Assembly: GCA_017398555.1 (NCBI GenBank) | Contig: JAFQFV010000021.1 | Location: 50,738 to 114,737, forward strand | DNA: 64,000 nucleotides | Direction of reading: 5' to 3' | Origin: Alistipes sp. | Lineage (GTDB): Bacteria > Bacteroidota > Bacteroidia > Bacteroidales > Rikenellaceae | In this document: positions 31,366 through 41,960 of the stretch, piece after piece | Layout of the letters: each line of letters starts with the position of its first letter | How positions within the stretch are numbered: the stretch's first letter is position 1 | Notes under the pieces: generated by a model | Databases searched by the model: none | What the model saw: the letters and a program-made list of their open reading frames with translations, nothing else | What the model was told of the DNA's origin: nothing | Position numbers and translations under genes: made by a program

Positions 31366-33530
31366 TACAGCCAGTCGGAAGCGCTATAACTACTCTTCGG
31401 CGCATTCGGCACATTCTGGAAGTAGCTAAAGCCTGTGAGGCGCTCGAGGTCGGAGATTGACATCATATCGGCTGCCTCAGGCTCGTGACCCTTAGACATT
31501 GTGTGGCAGATGGTAAATGCTGCGCACTGAAGCTCCGAAGCGGAGCAATCGCGGACACTCTTGCCCGAATTTCCGCTCTTGGTGCGGAGCAGAGCGTAGT
31601 AGAACATAGTTGGGCAGCTCACATCGCTACGGCCACCGAATGATATGGTTTTAGGTGTTGCTGAAGCGCCATTTTTCGAGAAAGAGTCGAAGTAGCAACC
31701 CACAACGACATAGAGGGTATCGGAGCAGACAAGACCGTCGATATGGTCCTCAAGGTTATTCCACGCACCACCTCCTGTATTGAATGTGCTGGAGTACTGC
31801 GGAGCGATATTGGTATAGTAGAAGACCTGACGATTGGTTGCTGCCGAGCAGAGGCGCTCTGCACTACCGAGCATATGACCCTTATTACAGCCGCCACCTG
31901 TTGCTGTACTGCTATACTGCACAGATGACGGAATCTTAGGGTCTATGCCGTATGCATTTGTACGGTCGGTATTCTTTTTCTCATACATTGCGTGGCGAGG
32001 TGCTGCCACCCAGAGTGGGCAGTGGTGTTTAGCGCTATAGCATACGGTATAGTTACGCGCCGAGCCGTTGCGCTGTGCATTCTGCTCGCCACCTGCGCAG
32101 AGGTGATGTGCATAGTAGATATTGCTATCGGTGTCGTGAACACCATTTCCATCCGCATCATTGATAACAGGCAACTCCACCCAGCCATACTTACCCTCTG
32201 TAGGGGTCGGAGTTGGTGTTGGGTCAGGCGTTGGCTCCGGATCGGGGTCAGGGGTAGGGTCAGGTAGTACCGAGCCGCTGTCTGCGCCATAGGTTATAGA
32301 TATGGTTGTAATACGCATACAAGCACCGGAACGGATGTAGAATGACTTAAGATTAAGGTCACTAATATCGGCCGTAACACTATTGCCACTGACACTGATA
32401 GTCTTAACGACGCCCGAAGCGTTTGAAGAGCCCGCCTCGGTGCAGATATAGAACTCGTCAGAGTAAGACTCCGCCAGGGTCAGGGTAACAGATGTTGCCG
32501 CAGAGGCGAATGTCGGCGTGCCCACATATGCAACCTTACCACTATTGAGCTGTATAGCCTCTTTGTTATAGTTGTAGGCACAGATTGTCCACGTTCCATA
32601 GCTGTTTGTATAGCTCTTTGCACTATTATATGCAGAGAATACATCCTTACACTCCTCATATGTCAGCGTCGCGGTAGCAGAGGTTGTTGCTCCGAAAGCC
32701 TTTCTATACTGCGCCTTGCTCAGGTCTATATTTACGTCGTAGTACTTATTACGCTCAACGTCGATAGTATAGTTATAGCTATAGATAGCCGCATCTGTAG
32801 TCACAGTAAGTGTTCCCGAGAACTCTCCGGGAGCTACAACCATATAGATAGGCGTTGCCTTAGATTGGCTATCCACAAGTGGATAAGGCGTTGATAGTAC
32901 GGTACTTACCGAGTAGCTATCGAGTGCCGAAAGTTCGAGTTGCAAAGTTGTTATATCGTGCTCTGTCTCTCCCGAGATGGCCTTTGCTGTCGCATAGCGA
33001 ACCGACACAACCTCTTCCGAGAGGTAATCGCCCGAGGTGTAGATATTATAGCGCAAGAAACCGCCTAACGGATAGAGTTTAAGTGCCGCCTCGTTGCTAT
33101 CTGTCAGCTGACGTGGTTCTGCAACCATAGGCATTGCATCCGCAGGAAATACTCCCGCAGCATCCACGCTCTGCTCTGTTGGAATAGTAATGACCACACT
33201 CTTTGCATCGCCGCTCTGAGGGTTATATGGCAAGTATCCATAGAGCATATCACCATACTGGTACTCCGCCTCTGCCGTTACATAACCGATACCATCTCTA
33301 ACCTCGACACCGCTCGGAAGATTATCTACAGCAGGCTCACAATCGACATAGAGTCCAAGTTGCTCGCTGCCCTGCCAAGTATAACGGTTATCCTCCAGAG
33401 CCACTCTGCTGGTCTGGTCAATATCAAGGCGCAGAGCTATCTGCTGACCTGTCACGCCATCCTCAATGCCACCGTTGTTACACGCACAGAGAAGAGCGGA
33501 GAGAGTAAGTAGTATGCTAAATCTTTTCAT
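31365..33530 (-). CDS. Surface lipoprotein: fimbrillin-like module, Pro/Thr/Asp linker, DNA/RNA non-specific endonuclease (NucA/EndoG-type)
   Basis: Lipobox LCAC; PDPTPDPDPEPTP linker; RNYTVCY, PLWVA, NKGHML (DRGH equivalent), TNIAPQ...FN...WNNLE. Confidence 0.85.
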   Translation of the reverse strand: MKRFSILLTLSALLCACNNGGIEDGVTGQQIALRLDIDQTSRVALEDNRYTWQGSEQLGLYVDCEPAVDNLPSGVEVRDGIGYVTAEAEYQYGDMLYGYLPYNPQSGDAKSVVITIPTEQSVDAAGVFPADAMPMVAEPRQLTDSNEAALKLYPLGGFLRYNIYTSGDYLSEEVVSVRYATAKAISGETEHDITTLQLELSALDSYSVSTVLSTPYPLVDSQSKATPIYMVVAPGEFSGTLTVTTDAAIYSYNYTIDVERNKYYDVNIDLSKAQYRKAFGATTSATATLTYEECKDVFSAYNSAKSYTNSYGTWTICAYNYNKEAIQLNSGKVAYVGTPTFASAATSVTLTLAESYSDEFYICTEAGSSNASGVVKTISVSGNSVTADISDLNLKSFYIRSGACMRITTISITYGADSGSVLPDPTPDPDPEPTPDPTPTPTPTEGKYGWVELPVINDADGNGVHDTDSNIYYAHHLCAGGEQNAQRNGSARNYTVCYSAKHHCPLWVAAPRHAMYEKKNTDRTNAYGIDPKIPSSVQYSSTATGGGCNKGHMLGSAERLCSAATNRQVFYYTNIAPQYSSTFNTGGGAWNNLEDHIDGLVCSDTLYVVVGCYFDSFSKNGASATPKTISFGGRSDVSCPTMFYYALLRTKSGNSGKSVRDCSASELQCAAFTICHTMSKGHEPEAADMMSISDLERLTGFSYFQNVPNAPKSSYSASDWL

Positions 33531-34801
33531 CGCTTTGGGAAGTGCAAAATTATTGATATTACAACCATTACAAAGATAAGAAATGGATAGTACAAATGCA
33601 AGATTATATCCATCGGAGATATTGCCGCCAGCCCTGCAGCCATCAGCAGTTGCGCGCCATACGGCAGAAATCCCTGCACAAAGCAGGAGATAGTATCCAT
33701 CAACGAGGCACTCTTGCGCGGTGGCACAGAGTAACGAGCCGACAAGTCGCGGGCAATAGGGCCTACGGTGAGTATGGCGATGGTATTATTTGCCGTGCAG
33801 AGGTTTGTAATACCCGTCAGCAACGCAATAACAGCCTCTGCACCACGACGAGATGCGATATTTTTAGTCAATCTCTCAATAAGGTAGTCAAAGCCACCCA
33901 ACTGCCTAACAATAGCCATCACGCCACCCGCAAGGAGGGTAACCAAAATAAGTTCACACATCGAGTTAAGCCCCTCTCCGGCCGCAGTAAAGAGGGTCAG
34001 TAGCTGCATATCTCCGCTGATAAGTGCCATCAAATCTGCTACGATAGTACCTGCAATAAGCACTACGAGCACATTCACACCCATAAGCGCCAAAATTATT
34101 ACAAGCAGATACGGCACAGCCTTAAACCACTCTACACTCTGTTGTATAGCAACATACTCAGCCGCCTGATTACCAAACAGATAGATACACAATGTCACTA
34201 ATGCCGCGGGGAGTACAATGGAAAAATTGGTCTTAAACTTATCCTTCATCTTACACCCCTGACTCTGCGTTGCGGCAATGGTCGTATCGGATATAAACGA
34301 TAGGTTATCACCAAAGAAGGCGCCTCCGACAACAATCGCCACCAACCACGCTGTATCGCAACCCACCTGCGGAGCCATAGCCGTTACAACGGGTGTCAGC
34401 GCAACGATTGTTCCAACCGAGGTTCCGATAGCCATAGAGATAAAACAGGCTGCAATAAATATTCCTGCCGGCAGAAAGTTGTTCGGCACAATCTTGAGCG
34501 TCAGCGCCACCGTGGCATCTACTGCACCCATCGCCTTGGCAGATGATGCAAAGATACCCGCCAAACAGAATATCCAGATCATATACATAATATCCGGATT
34601 TGCCGCACCACGTGAAAATACACCTATTCTCTCCTGGAGGTTGTAACCTCGCATTATAATGAGTCCATATACCGCCGCCACGACAAATGCCACCGCAATA
34701 GATACGCGGTAGAAATCGCCTGCCAATAACGCTCCACAAAGATATACCACCAGCAAAACAACTACCGGCGAGAGCGCTAATATCCCCTGAGAACTCTTCA
34801 T
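33527..34801 (-). CDS. NhaC-family Na+/H+ antiporter or amino-acid transporter
   Basis: Multi-TM; GTSVGT and GGAFFGDNLSFISDTTIAA motifs. Confidence 0.85.
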   Translation of the reverse strand: MKSSQGILALSPVVVLLVVYLCGALLAGDFYRVSIAVAFVVAAVYGLIIMRGYNLQERIGVFSRGAANPDIMYMIWIFCLAGIFASSAKAMGAVDATVALTLKIVPNNFLPAGIFIAACFISMAIGTSVGTIVALTPVVTAMAPQVGCDTAWLVAIVVGGAFFGDNLSFISDTTIAATQSQGCKMKDKFKTNFSIVLPAALVTLCIYLFGNQAAEYVAIQQSVEWFKAVPYLLVIILALMGVNVLVVLIAGTIVADLMALISGDMQLLTLFTAAGEGLNSMCELILVTLLAGGVMAIVRQLGGFDYLIERLTKNIASRRGAEAVIALLTGITNLCTANNTIAILTVGPIARDLSARYSVPPRKSASLMDTISCFVQGFLPYGAQLLMAAGLAAISPMDIILHLYYPFLIFVMVVISIILHFPKR

Positions 34802-34817
34802 TTACACTATTTTGTGG

Positions 34818-34825
34818 CAAAGATA
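34818..34825 (-). promoter_or_regulatory. -7 promoter element for the NhaC-nuclease pair
   Basis: TATCTTTG 16 nt upstream of ATG 34801. Confidence 0.55.
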
Positions 34826-34875
34826 CGAAATTTTCTGTTTTTCGCTACGCGAAAAGGGGTAAAGCACAGCAATAA

Positions 34876-35160
34876 CCTTTTAGCACCAGAGCATAGTAGA
34901 TGCAACGCTCGCTATAAAAAACAGCGAAGGGCTGTACTAGGTACCATTTTGGTGTCAGAGTGGGGTAGATACTCCGCTCGGCATATAAAACAACGAAGGG
35001 CTACCTCACTCCCTTTTAGCGTCAGAGCGTAGTAGATGCAACGCTGCGATTAAGTCGAACGCAATCAAACTTGTTTGAATTGCTGAGACGTAGCAGCGAA
35101 AAGACTCCGAAGGAGGATTAGCGCTCGCTATAAAAAACAGCGAAGGGCTGTACGAAATCG
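34876..35160 (+). repeat. Tandem array of family A left-end fragments containing family B copy 2 (35046-35121)
   Basis: Three TTTT..CAGAG..GTAGAT..CGCT..TAAAA..CGAAGGGCT units. Confidence 0.7.
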
Positions 35161-35167
35161 CACTGCC

Positions 35168-35293
35168 CTTTTATCGTCAGAGTGGTGTAGTTGCGGCATA
35201 TCGTAAAAATTCCCCGGATGGGTCGTACTGTGCGTACTACCCATTCGGGGAATTGAGGGATGTGGCGCAAATGCGCCACTATCACGATAAAAG
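35168..35293 (+). repeat. Family A element, copy A5
   Basis: Arms CTTTTATCGT/ACGATAAAAG; inner AATTCCCCGGATGGGT/ACCCATTCGGGGAATT; GTGGCGC-AAAT-GCGCCAC; 1 nt from the stop. Confidence 0.88.
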
Positions 35294-35294
35294 A

Positions 35295-38200
35295 TTAAGG
35301 TACGTAGTTGAAGTAAGCATTATCTCTCAAATAAACCTCCTTCGACTGGTGACCTCCGTAGATGTACTGCTCGAAGTTAGACTCATCAAGAGTTACGCCA
35401 TTTACTGAACCACCTACTGCAGCTGCCTCAAGAACAAGCGCGTGCTCAAGGGTACAAGCTGTACCGATTGAAGAGAAGTGCTGTGTACCGAGGATAGCAC
35501 CGATAGTTGACTCTGGGTGAGTTGACTGGCTGCTTACTGCACCACCGTTGATGTCGGCCTTAAGCTCACCATAGATCATTGAACCGCAGACACCACCTAC
35601 GTGTGCAATAACTGTCTCAGGGTTGTCAGTGAGGAATGTTACAGTACCTACGTTAGAGCTACCATTGAGGTAGAATACGTATGCGTCTGTATAGCGGTTA
35701 GATGCCATCTTACCCATCACACCACCGAGGAATGCCTCAGAAGATGCCTTGTTACTCTTCAGGGTTACATTACCCATATTTGCACAAGAGTTGTAGTGAG
35801 GGTTGTAAGCATTTGCACCGGCACTTGCTACTGCACCACCTACGCAGATACCGCAGTTATCAGCATAACGCATAGAGCCCTCGTCAAGCTGAGTGTTTGG
35901 AGTATCGCACTCTACGTAGATATCACCATAGTTGATGAGGAATGTGTTCTCGCAACCTACAGCGATGTTACACTGAGTGAAGCAGAGCAGACCACCTACG
36001 CAGAAGTAATCAATAGCATTTGTTGTACCTGCAATCTCAGTTGCCCAATTCTTGTTAGAGTACTCACCTGTGATGAATGGGTCATAGTGTACAGCGTAAA
36101 CTGTAATATCACCCTCATTTGTCAGACGGGTAAGGTTAGCCCACTGTGTACGACCTACACCACCAGAGAGTGCGAAGGTGTGAACTACTGCAGGGTCACC
36201 CGGCTCACCTACTGTGATGTTACCATAGTTAGTACAGTTGTTGATGTTACCAAATACGTTAGTAATGTTGGTATCAACACGGTTTGTAGCGTAACCAGCG
36301 ATAGCACCGATGTAGAATGTACCGATATGACGCTCAACGTTCTTATCAACAACAATCTCACCGTAGTTCTGGCAGTTTGTAACCTCATAACCTGCTGCAC
36401 GACCGATAAATCCACCAATAGTGGTATAACGGTAGTAAGCGTGAGTCATCTTTGATGTTGCGCCGACAGGGAACTCAGACTGAGTTACATCGTGGATATG
36501 AATCTTACCATAGTTCTTACAGCCAGACATATGAGAGATTGCATCAAGGTCAGTTGGAGCACCTGAAGCCTCACCGATGAATGCACCGATATAGATGTTA
36601 TCGTTTGAGTGCTCACCGAAGATATCAATCAAACCGTAGTTAGTACAGTTCTCAATGTTACCTGTAGCCTCGTGGTCTGAACCCTCAGAGATAACACCTG
36701 CATTTACGAGGAATGACCAGCACTGAGTCTGAGCAGTGTACTCAGAGAGAGATACTCTCAACTCACAAGTCTCATCAAATACTACGTTAGCAATAGTGTT
36801 ACCATAAGCAATGTTACGGAACAGTGACTTGTTAGGTACATCGATAACGAGGTTCTTGATAGGAACACCACCACCGTTGAAGTTCTCATTGAGGACAACA
36901 TCCGGCCAAGTAACCATTGAGATACCTGCCATATCGATAACGCCACCATTCTCAGGAGTTGATACGAAACCGTAATCACCGTCGAGGTTACGATACTGGA
37001 GCATATCCTCACCAGACTTACCAGCAGCAAGGTCAGTAACGAACTGGAGGAACTTCTGACCAGAGTCGATACCAGAAATCTGTACATCCGGAGCAAGGGT
37101 CTTCGTGCAGTCGTCAATGCAAACTGTCAGAGGAGTAACATTACCAGCTACATAGTCTGCTGCTGGAAGCTCTACTGTATAATAGTATGCACCTGCATAG
37201 ATCTCTGCAGTAATTGTGCGCTGCTCTGCCGGCCATACGCCCAGATAAACCTTCACTGCATCGTACTCATTGTTAGGGATAGCGATAGCCTTCTCTGCAA
37301 CTGACTCGAGAGATGACATTGGAACGAGCTCACCTACATCATTACGGCTATAGAGGTTTACAGTGTGTGAACCTGCAATGTTATTGCCACGCAGAACGAT
37401 ACGAGAGATCTTGTCATTCATACGCTCCTTAGAGTAGATATTTAGCTGGAGCACAGAAGAGATGATTGACATATCACAACGCATCATACGGGTTGTACGA
37501 TAGCTCTGATCATTCTTCATAATCATTGGAGCACTGTCGAGTACCAACGCGTTCTCTGCAAGACGCTGGATAGAAGGTACAGAGATTGAGATATCACCTG
37601 CCTTGCTATCATTTGAAGCGTCATAAGGGTTGTAAACATATACTGCACCACCTGCTGTACCGCCTGGGTTAGTACCTACGAACTGGTTGTTACCAGATGT
37701 TGTTGCAGGAAGGTTGTTTGTATCACCTGCATACATACCGAGCTTAGCCTTGTTAGAGAAGTAGAGCTCGCCACCTGTATAGTACTGCTGTGCACCGAAA
37801 TCGTTGATAATAGTGAGCAGCTTATAGCCATCAGTCTCGTCAACAACCTGACCACAACCTGCAAAGCGGAACTGAGCAGTGTTACGCAGATAGTTAGTAC
37901 CGTTATGGTCAACCTTATTGATACGCTGGAAGTTAGTTGAGTTACAAGGGCCGCAAGTAAGGTTAGAAGCCAAACGCAGACGCAAGAAGTAGTAACCATC
38001 CTCCATAGCATCAGGGAAGTTGATGATAATCTTATCAGGGTCAGTAGTGCAAACCTTTGAGCTCTTACCACCCATAAAGCCATCAGAGTGGGTAATAATA
38101 CCCTTCCAGTAACCTGCAGGAGATGAAGCACTACCAATAGGAATACCTGAAGAGTTCTTTGGAATATCTACATCATTTGGCACCTCAGTATCTACAAGAT

Positions 38201-39785
38201 TCCACTGAGTCCAGTCAAGTGAGTCATAGAATGCATCCTTCTCAGTATCATCAAGCATAATGATAGGACGACCGTTGAGCTTATACTCATCAGCAGTACA
38301 CTGCGCCCACTCGAAGATGTGGTACTTACCACCCGCATCAGTACCCATGAATGAGAACTGACAAGCGAGGTTAGTATTTGCAGCTGCATTGTGTACTGGG
38401 ATAGTCCAAATCCAGTAGTCACCCTCGTACATACCTGTAATCTTTGGAGAAGAAGATGTTACGAGCATACCGTCACCACCTGCACGCTTCTTAACGATAG
38501 AGGCCTCAGTACCCATGATGAACTGAACGTTTGCTGCAGTAGCAAGAGCTGTAGAGAACTCTACCGGCTCCTCCTTCTCGTATGCACCAGACTCCTCAGA
38601 GAGTACAATACCGAATGCCTTCCACTGGTCACCCTTAACCTCACCCTGCTTCAGGTCATTGAACTTGAAGTTTACAGGCAGACCGATAATATCTGAACCC
38701 AGCTCGATAAGTGGGAAGATATTGTCTGATGGGTCGTACTCAGAGAAGAAGATATCATCGATACGATAAACATCCTCAGAAGAATTTTCAAAGCGGAAGT
38801 AGAGAATCTTGCTCACATTTGGAGCGATAGAGAAGTCAAATGTGTTGATTGACCAATCATTGGTCGGATGCTGAACGTGAGTGTAGTCCATCTCTGCCCA
38901 ATTTGAGTTATCGTGCGAGATGTAGAGCTTAAGATCCTCCTTGCGGAACTTACCATCGCTATTCTTTGCACCGAATGAGAGGTAGAAGTCAGTCTTATCC
39001 TGATTGTTGAAGTTACGGATATCGAAGTGACCCTGACCATCAATCATAATGTTAGCACCACCAGATGCCTCACGATCAAACAGAACGTCGTAGTAGTTCT
39101 TTGAAGGCTCTGTGATAGATGCATATACATTGTCAGAGCTTGCATAAGCATAAGCGTAGAGGTCACCGGCAGTAGCAACACCCTGATAAGACTTAGAACC
39201 ATCGGCATTTGCGAAGGTGTAGAACTTAACAAGGGTATTCTCCTTAATCATATCACCACCGAAATTATCCTCAACGAATACCAAGCGGCTCTCATTAACG
39301 TCGGTCTTAGGACCACGCTGGCGAACAGATACAGTGTAAGTTGTCTCCAAAGTCTTGAAGATAACCTTCGCTGTACGATCCTCACCGCTATTCTCACCCA
39401 TAGTCAGATAGACGTTGGTTACAGAAGTTGCAGGCTGTGGACCACCAAGTGGAGATACCTCGAGCCAAGGCTCAATCTCTGTCACCTCACCGGTCTCAGG
39501 GTTTGTAATAGATGTCTGGTCGTACTCAACCGATACTGTCCAATAGACACTTGAGCTAACCTCAAGGTAAGGAACGGTACCTGTTGCACCGACACCGAGT
39601 TTGTTGAGTACCAGCTCCTGGTTCTGATTATCAGCATCCCACTGAGCCTCACCGGTCGAGTAGCTGATATCAAACGGAACGAATACAACATCGTCATCCG
39701 TTGGATTGGTAACACAAGCCGCAAAGGCAAATACTGCCACTACGAGTATTGCTACCAAGTTGAAAAGTTTTCTTAAAGTTTTCAT
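35295..39785 (-). CDS. 1496-aa surface lipoprotein: BACON domain, internal fimbrillin-like module, C-terminal GLUG-like repeats
   Basis: Lipobox FAAC; WLEVSP..ENSGEDRTAKV..VRQ (BACON); VYNPYDASNDSKAGDISISVP; repeated NCTNYG and GGxxG. Confidence 0.75.
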   Translation of the reverse strand: MKTLRKLFNLVAILVVAVFAFAACVTNPTDDDVVFVPFDISYSTGEAQWDADNQNQELVLNKLGVGATGTVPYLEVSSSVYWTVSVEYDQTSITNPETGEVTEIEPWLEVSPLGGPQPATSVTNVYLTMGENSGEDRTAKVIFKTLETTYTVSVRQRGPKTDVNESRLVFVEDNFGGDMIKENTLVKFYTFANADGSKSYQGVATAGDLYAYAYASSDNVYASITEPSKNYYDVLFDREASGGANIMIDGQGHFDIRNFNNQDKTDFYLSFGAKNSDGKFRKEDLKLYISHDNSNWAEMDYTHVQHPTNDWSINTFDFSIAPNVSKILYFRFENSSEDVYRIDDIFFSEYDPSDNIFPLIELGSDIIGLPVNFKFNDLKQGEVKGDQWKAFGIVLSEESGAYEKEEPVEFSTALATAANVQFIMGTEASIVKKRAGGDGMLVTSSSPKITGMYEGDYWIWTIPVHNAAANTNLACQFSFMGTDAGGKYHIFEWAQCTADEYKLNGRPIIMLDDTEKDAFYDSLDWTQWNLVDTEVPNDVDIPKNSSGIPIGSASSPAGYWKGIITHSDGFMGGKSSKVCTTDPDKIIINFPDAMEDGYYFLRLRLASNLTCGPCNSTNFQRINKVDHNGTNYLRNTAQFRFAGCGQVVDETDGYKLLTIINDFGAQQYYTGGELYFSNKAKLGMYAGDTNNLPATTSGNNQFVGTNPGGTAGGAVYVYNPYDASNDSKAGDISISVPSIQRLAENALVLDSAPMIMKNDQSYRTTRMMRCDMSIISSVLQLNIYSKERMNDKISRIVLRGNNIAGSHTVNLYSRNDVGELVPMSSLESVAEKAIAIPNNEYDAVKVYLGVWPAEQRTITAEIYAGAYYYTVELPAADYVAGNVTPLTVCIDDCTKTLAPDVQISGIDSGQKFLQFVTDLAAGKSGEDMLQYRNLDGDYGFVSTPENGGVIDMAGISMVTWPDVVLNENFNGGGVPIKNLVIDVPNKSLFRNIAYGNTIANVVFDETCELRVSLSEYTAQTQCWSFLVNAGVISEGSDHEATGNIENCTNYGLIDIFGEHSNDNIYIGAFIGEASGAPTDLDAISHMSGCKNYGKIHIHDVTQSEFPVGATSKMTHAYYRYTTIGGFIGRAAGYEVTNCQNYGEIVVDKNVERHIGTFYIGAIAGYATNRVDTNITNVFGNINNCTNYGNITVGEPGDPAVVHTFALSGGVGRTQWANLTRLTNEGDITVYAVHYDPFITGEYSNKNWATEIAGTTNAIDYFCVGGLLCFTQCNIAVGCENTFLINYGDIYVECDTPNTQLDEGSMRYADNCGICVGGAVASAGANAYNPHYNSCANMGNVTLKSNKASSEAFLGGVMGKMASNRYTDAYVFYLNGSSNVGTVTFLTDNPETVIAHVGGVCGSMIYGELKADINGGAVSSQSTHPESTIGAILGTQHFSSIGTACTLEHALVLEAAAVGGSVNGVTLDESNFEQYIYGGHQSKEVYLRDNAYFNYVP

Positions 39786-39801
39786 ATTATTAGGTTTTTA
39801 T

Positions 39802-41916
39802 TTAGTCAAGTGTCCAAGTATTGTCAATCTTATTGCCATCATAGAACTTCTTAGGACGCTCCATAGTCTCCTGATAGACATTGCCGAAGCGGTCCTTGAC
39901 CTTAATGACCAACTTGCTATTGGCTGCCTTGGCAACTACGCGGAAGATGTGGTTATGATTTACAGAGCTGCAAGTATTTGCAGAGAATGACTTCTTACCC
40001 TGCACACCATATACATATACCTCGCCACACAGAGCTGAAAGCGGATCACGATAGCCACTCTTAAGCTGAGTAACCTGAAGTGGCTCGCCATTCTCGGTTA
40101 CAGTAATCTCCCAATTACCGTAGCTTGCGAATGGACCGTTCTCATATCCCCAAACATTGATCCATACAGTATTCTGCTCCTCATTATAACCATACTGCTT
40201 CTTATCGACTGTAACAGTAGTGTTACCGCCATTTGCAGTATTGGTATATGAGCCATCTGAGAAGAAGTTTTTCGCAGGACCATAAGTGTCATAATACTTC
40301 TTAACCTCATTCATATCATAACTCTTAAACTGCTTGGTCTTAGGCTCGCCAATGTACTTGTAGTACCAGCTGCGTGATGTACCACTCGCCTCATAGACAT
40401 AGTAACCTGAAGGGGTACCATCTGCACAGAGGTTAAGAGCTCCCGACTTGCTGTTATTACCGCCTGAACGCTCACTTGAGTTCCACCACACACCGCACAC
40501 AGCACCGATATTGTGCTCATACATATTGGTACCATAGCCCGGAACAGCGCGGAAACGGGTCTGGTGTGTATGACCGGTGATAAAGTTCACCTCCTTGAAA
40601 TCCTTAAACAGATTCATGAAAGATGTCCAATTGCTTGTGTTATTGAACTCGTAGTTGCGAGAAGAGCCATCCCAGTTTACAAGCGGAATATGCAGACCTA
40701 CAACGATTGGAGTGTTCTTATCCACATAAGACAAGTCTCTCTCAATCCAAGTAAGCATATCCGGACGGAAACCTGCATTGTAGTTACAATCACCAAACTG
40801 CGAATCGACATTTGAGTTTGAGCCGGTATAACCGTTATAGTAGAGGATATCATCCAACAACATATAGTGAATCTTACCGATATTCATAGCTATATGTGTA
40901 GGACCAACCATCTTACGATAAGGGCCGGATGCACGCAAATCGACATCATCTCCACTTGGAGTATGACCATCGTTGTCGTGGTTACCCATTGTTGACCAGA
41001 ACTGACAAGGCAGACCGTTGATATCATCCGAAGGGTGATTATTCAGACTCTCAGCCCAACCGATATCATTGCGATACCAGTGGATATCGTGTGCAAAGTC
41101 ACCCAAGTTGAAGCAATATACATTCTGCTTACCTGTATAGGTCGAGATAAGCTCATTTACAAAGCCCTCACGGAACTGCTGACGATCATTTGGCGACAAG
41201 TTACGATTGGTAAGGTGGATATCTGTTGCAACAAGAATAGTGTGATTGTCATTCGATGCCTGAATAAGCTCGAAGTCGTGCTGCTCTTCACTATCCACAT
41301 CTGTCGAAGTCTGCGCCCAGAAGTTAGGCATTGCAGCCTGTGTAGGAACATTATAACCGGAAGGGAGAATTACGTAAACGACCTCGTAACTCTTGTTTGA
41401 CTTGAGCCAATAGTGTCCCTTCGCATCGGTCTTGGTAATATTAATACCATCTGTCACAAGAACACCCTCAACGCCCTTGGTGCCGCAATAGACCATACCC
41501 TTAAGGTTATAGCCCGCCTTGCTCTCCACCTTGTTATTTACACTCTGAATGGTTACGTTGGTTGTAAAGAGCTCCTGAACCTGCTCATCACGACGAATCT
41601 TCAGTGTGTACTTACCGGCTGTAATATCCTGAGGAACTGCAAAACGAAACCAGGTAGTGCTGAGTCGGGTTATAGCACACTCAAAGTTCTTATTACCCTC
41701 CATAAGGATAATATCACTCTGCTGTGCACCGGTTGCCATGATGCGATAATCGCTACCAGGAACAAGAAGCATCGAGCTCTCCGGAACCACATCTGTCACT
41801 ATCGCACTCGCCCCTCCCGGAGTATCTGTGCCCTGGCTACCGCCACAGGCAACAGATCCGAGAAGCAGAACAATCGCAAGAATGAAGTTAATTATTTTAC
41901 AATCGATTCTTTTCAT
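39802..41916 (-). CDS. Lipoprotein calcineurin-like metallophosphoesterase
   Basis: Lipobox VAC; VTDG, TDIH, LGD, GNHD, GHTH, DGTPSGY. Confidence 0.85.
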   Translation of the reverse strand: MKRIDCKIINFILAIVLLLGSVACGGSQGTDTPGGASAIVTDVVPESSMLLVPGSDYRIMATGAQQSDIILMEGNKNFECAITRLSTTWFRFAVPQDITAGKYTLKIRRDEQVQELFTTNVTIQSVNNKVESKAGYNLKGMVYCGTKGVEGVLVTDGINITKTDAKGHYWLKSNKSYEVVYVILPSGYNVPTQAAMPNFWAQTSTDVDSEEQHDFELIQASNDNHTILVATDIHLTNRNLSPNDRQQFREGFVNELISTYTGKQNVYCFNLGDFAHDIHWYRNDIGWAESLNNHPSDDINGLPCQFWSTMGNHDNDGHTPSGDDVDLRASGPYRKMVGPTHIAMNIGKIHYMLLDDILYYNGYTGSNSNVDSQFGDCNYNAGFRPDMLTWIERDLSYVDKNTPIVVGLHIPLVNWDGSSRNYEFNNTSNWTSFMNLFKDFKEVNFITGHTHQTRFRAVPGYGTNMYEHNIGAVCGVWWNSSERSGGNNSKSGALNLCADGTPSGYYVYEASGTSRSWYYKYIGEPKTKQFKSYDMNEVKKYYDTYGPAKNFFSDGSYTNTANGGNTTVTVDKKQYGYNEEQNTVWINVWGYENGPFASYGNWEITVTENGEPLQVTQLKSGYRDPLSALCGEVYVYGVQGKKSFSANTCSSVNHNHIFRVVAKAANSKLVIKVKDRFGNVYQETMERPKKFYDGNKIDNTWTLD

Positions 41917-41960
41917 TTCGCAAAACTTAAAAATCTCTAATTGCTTTAGTAATCAACTCT

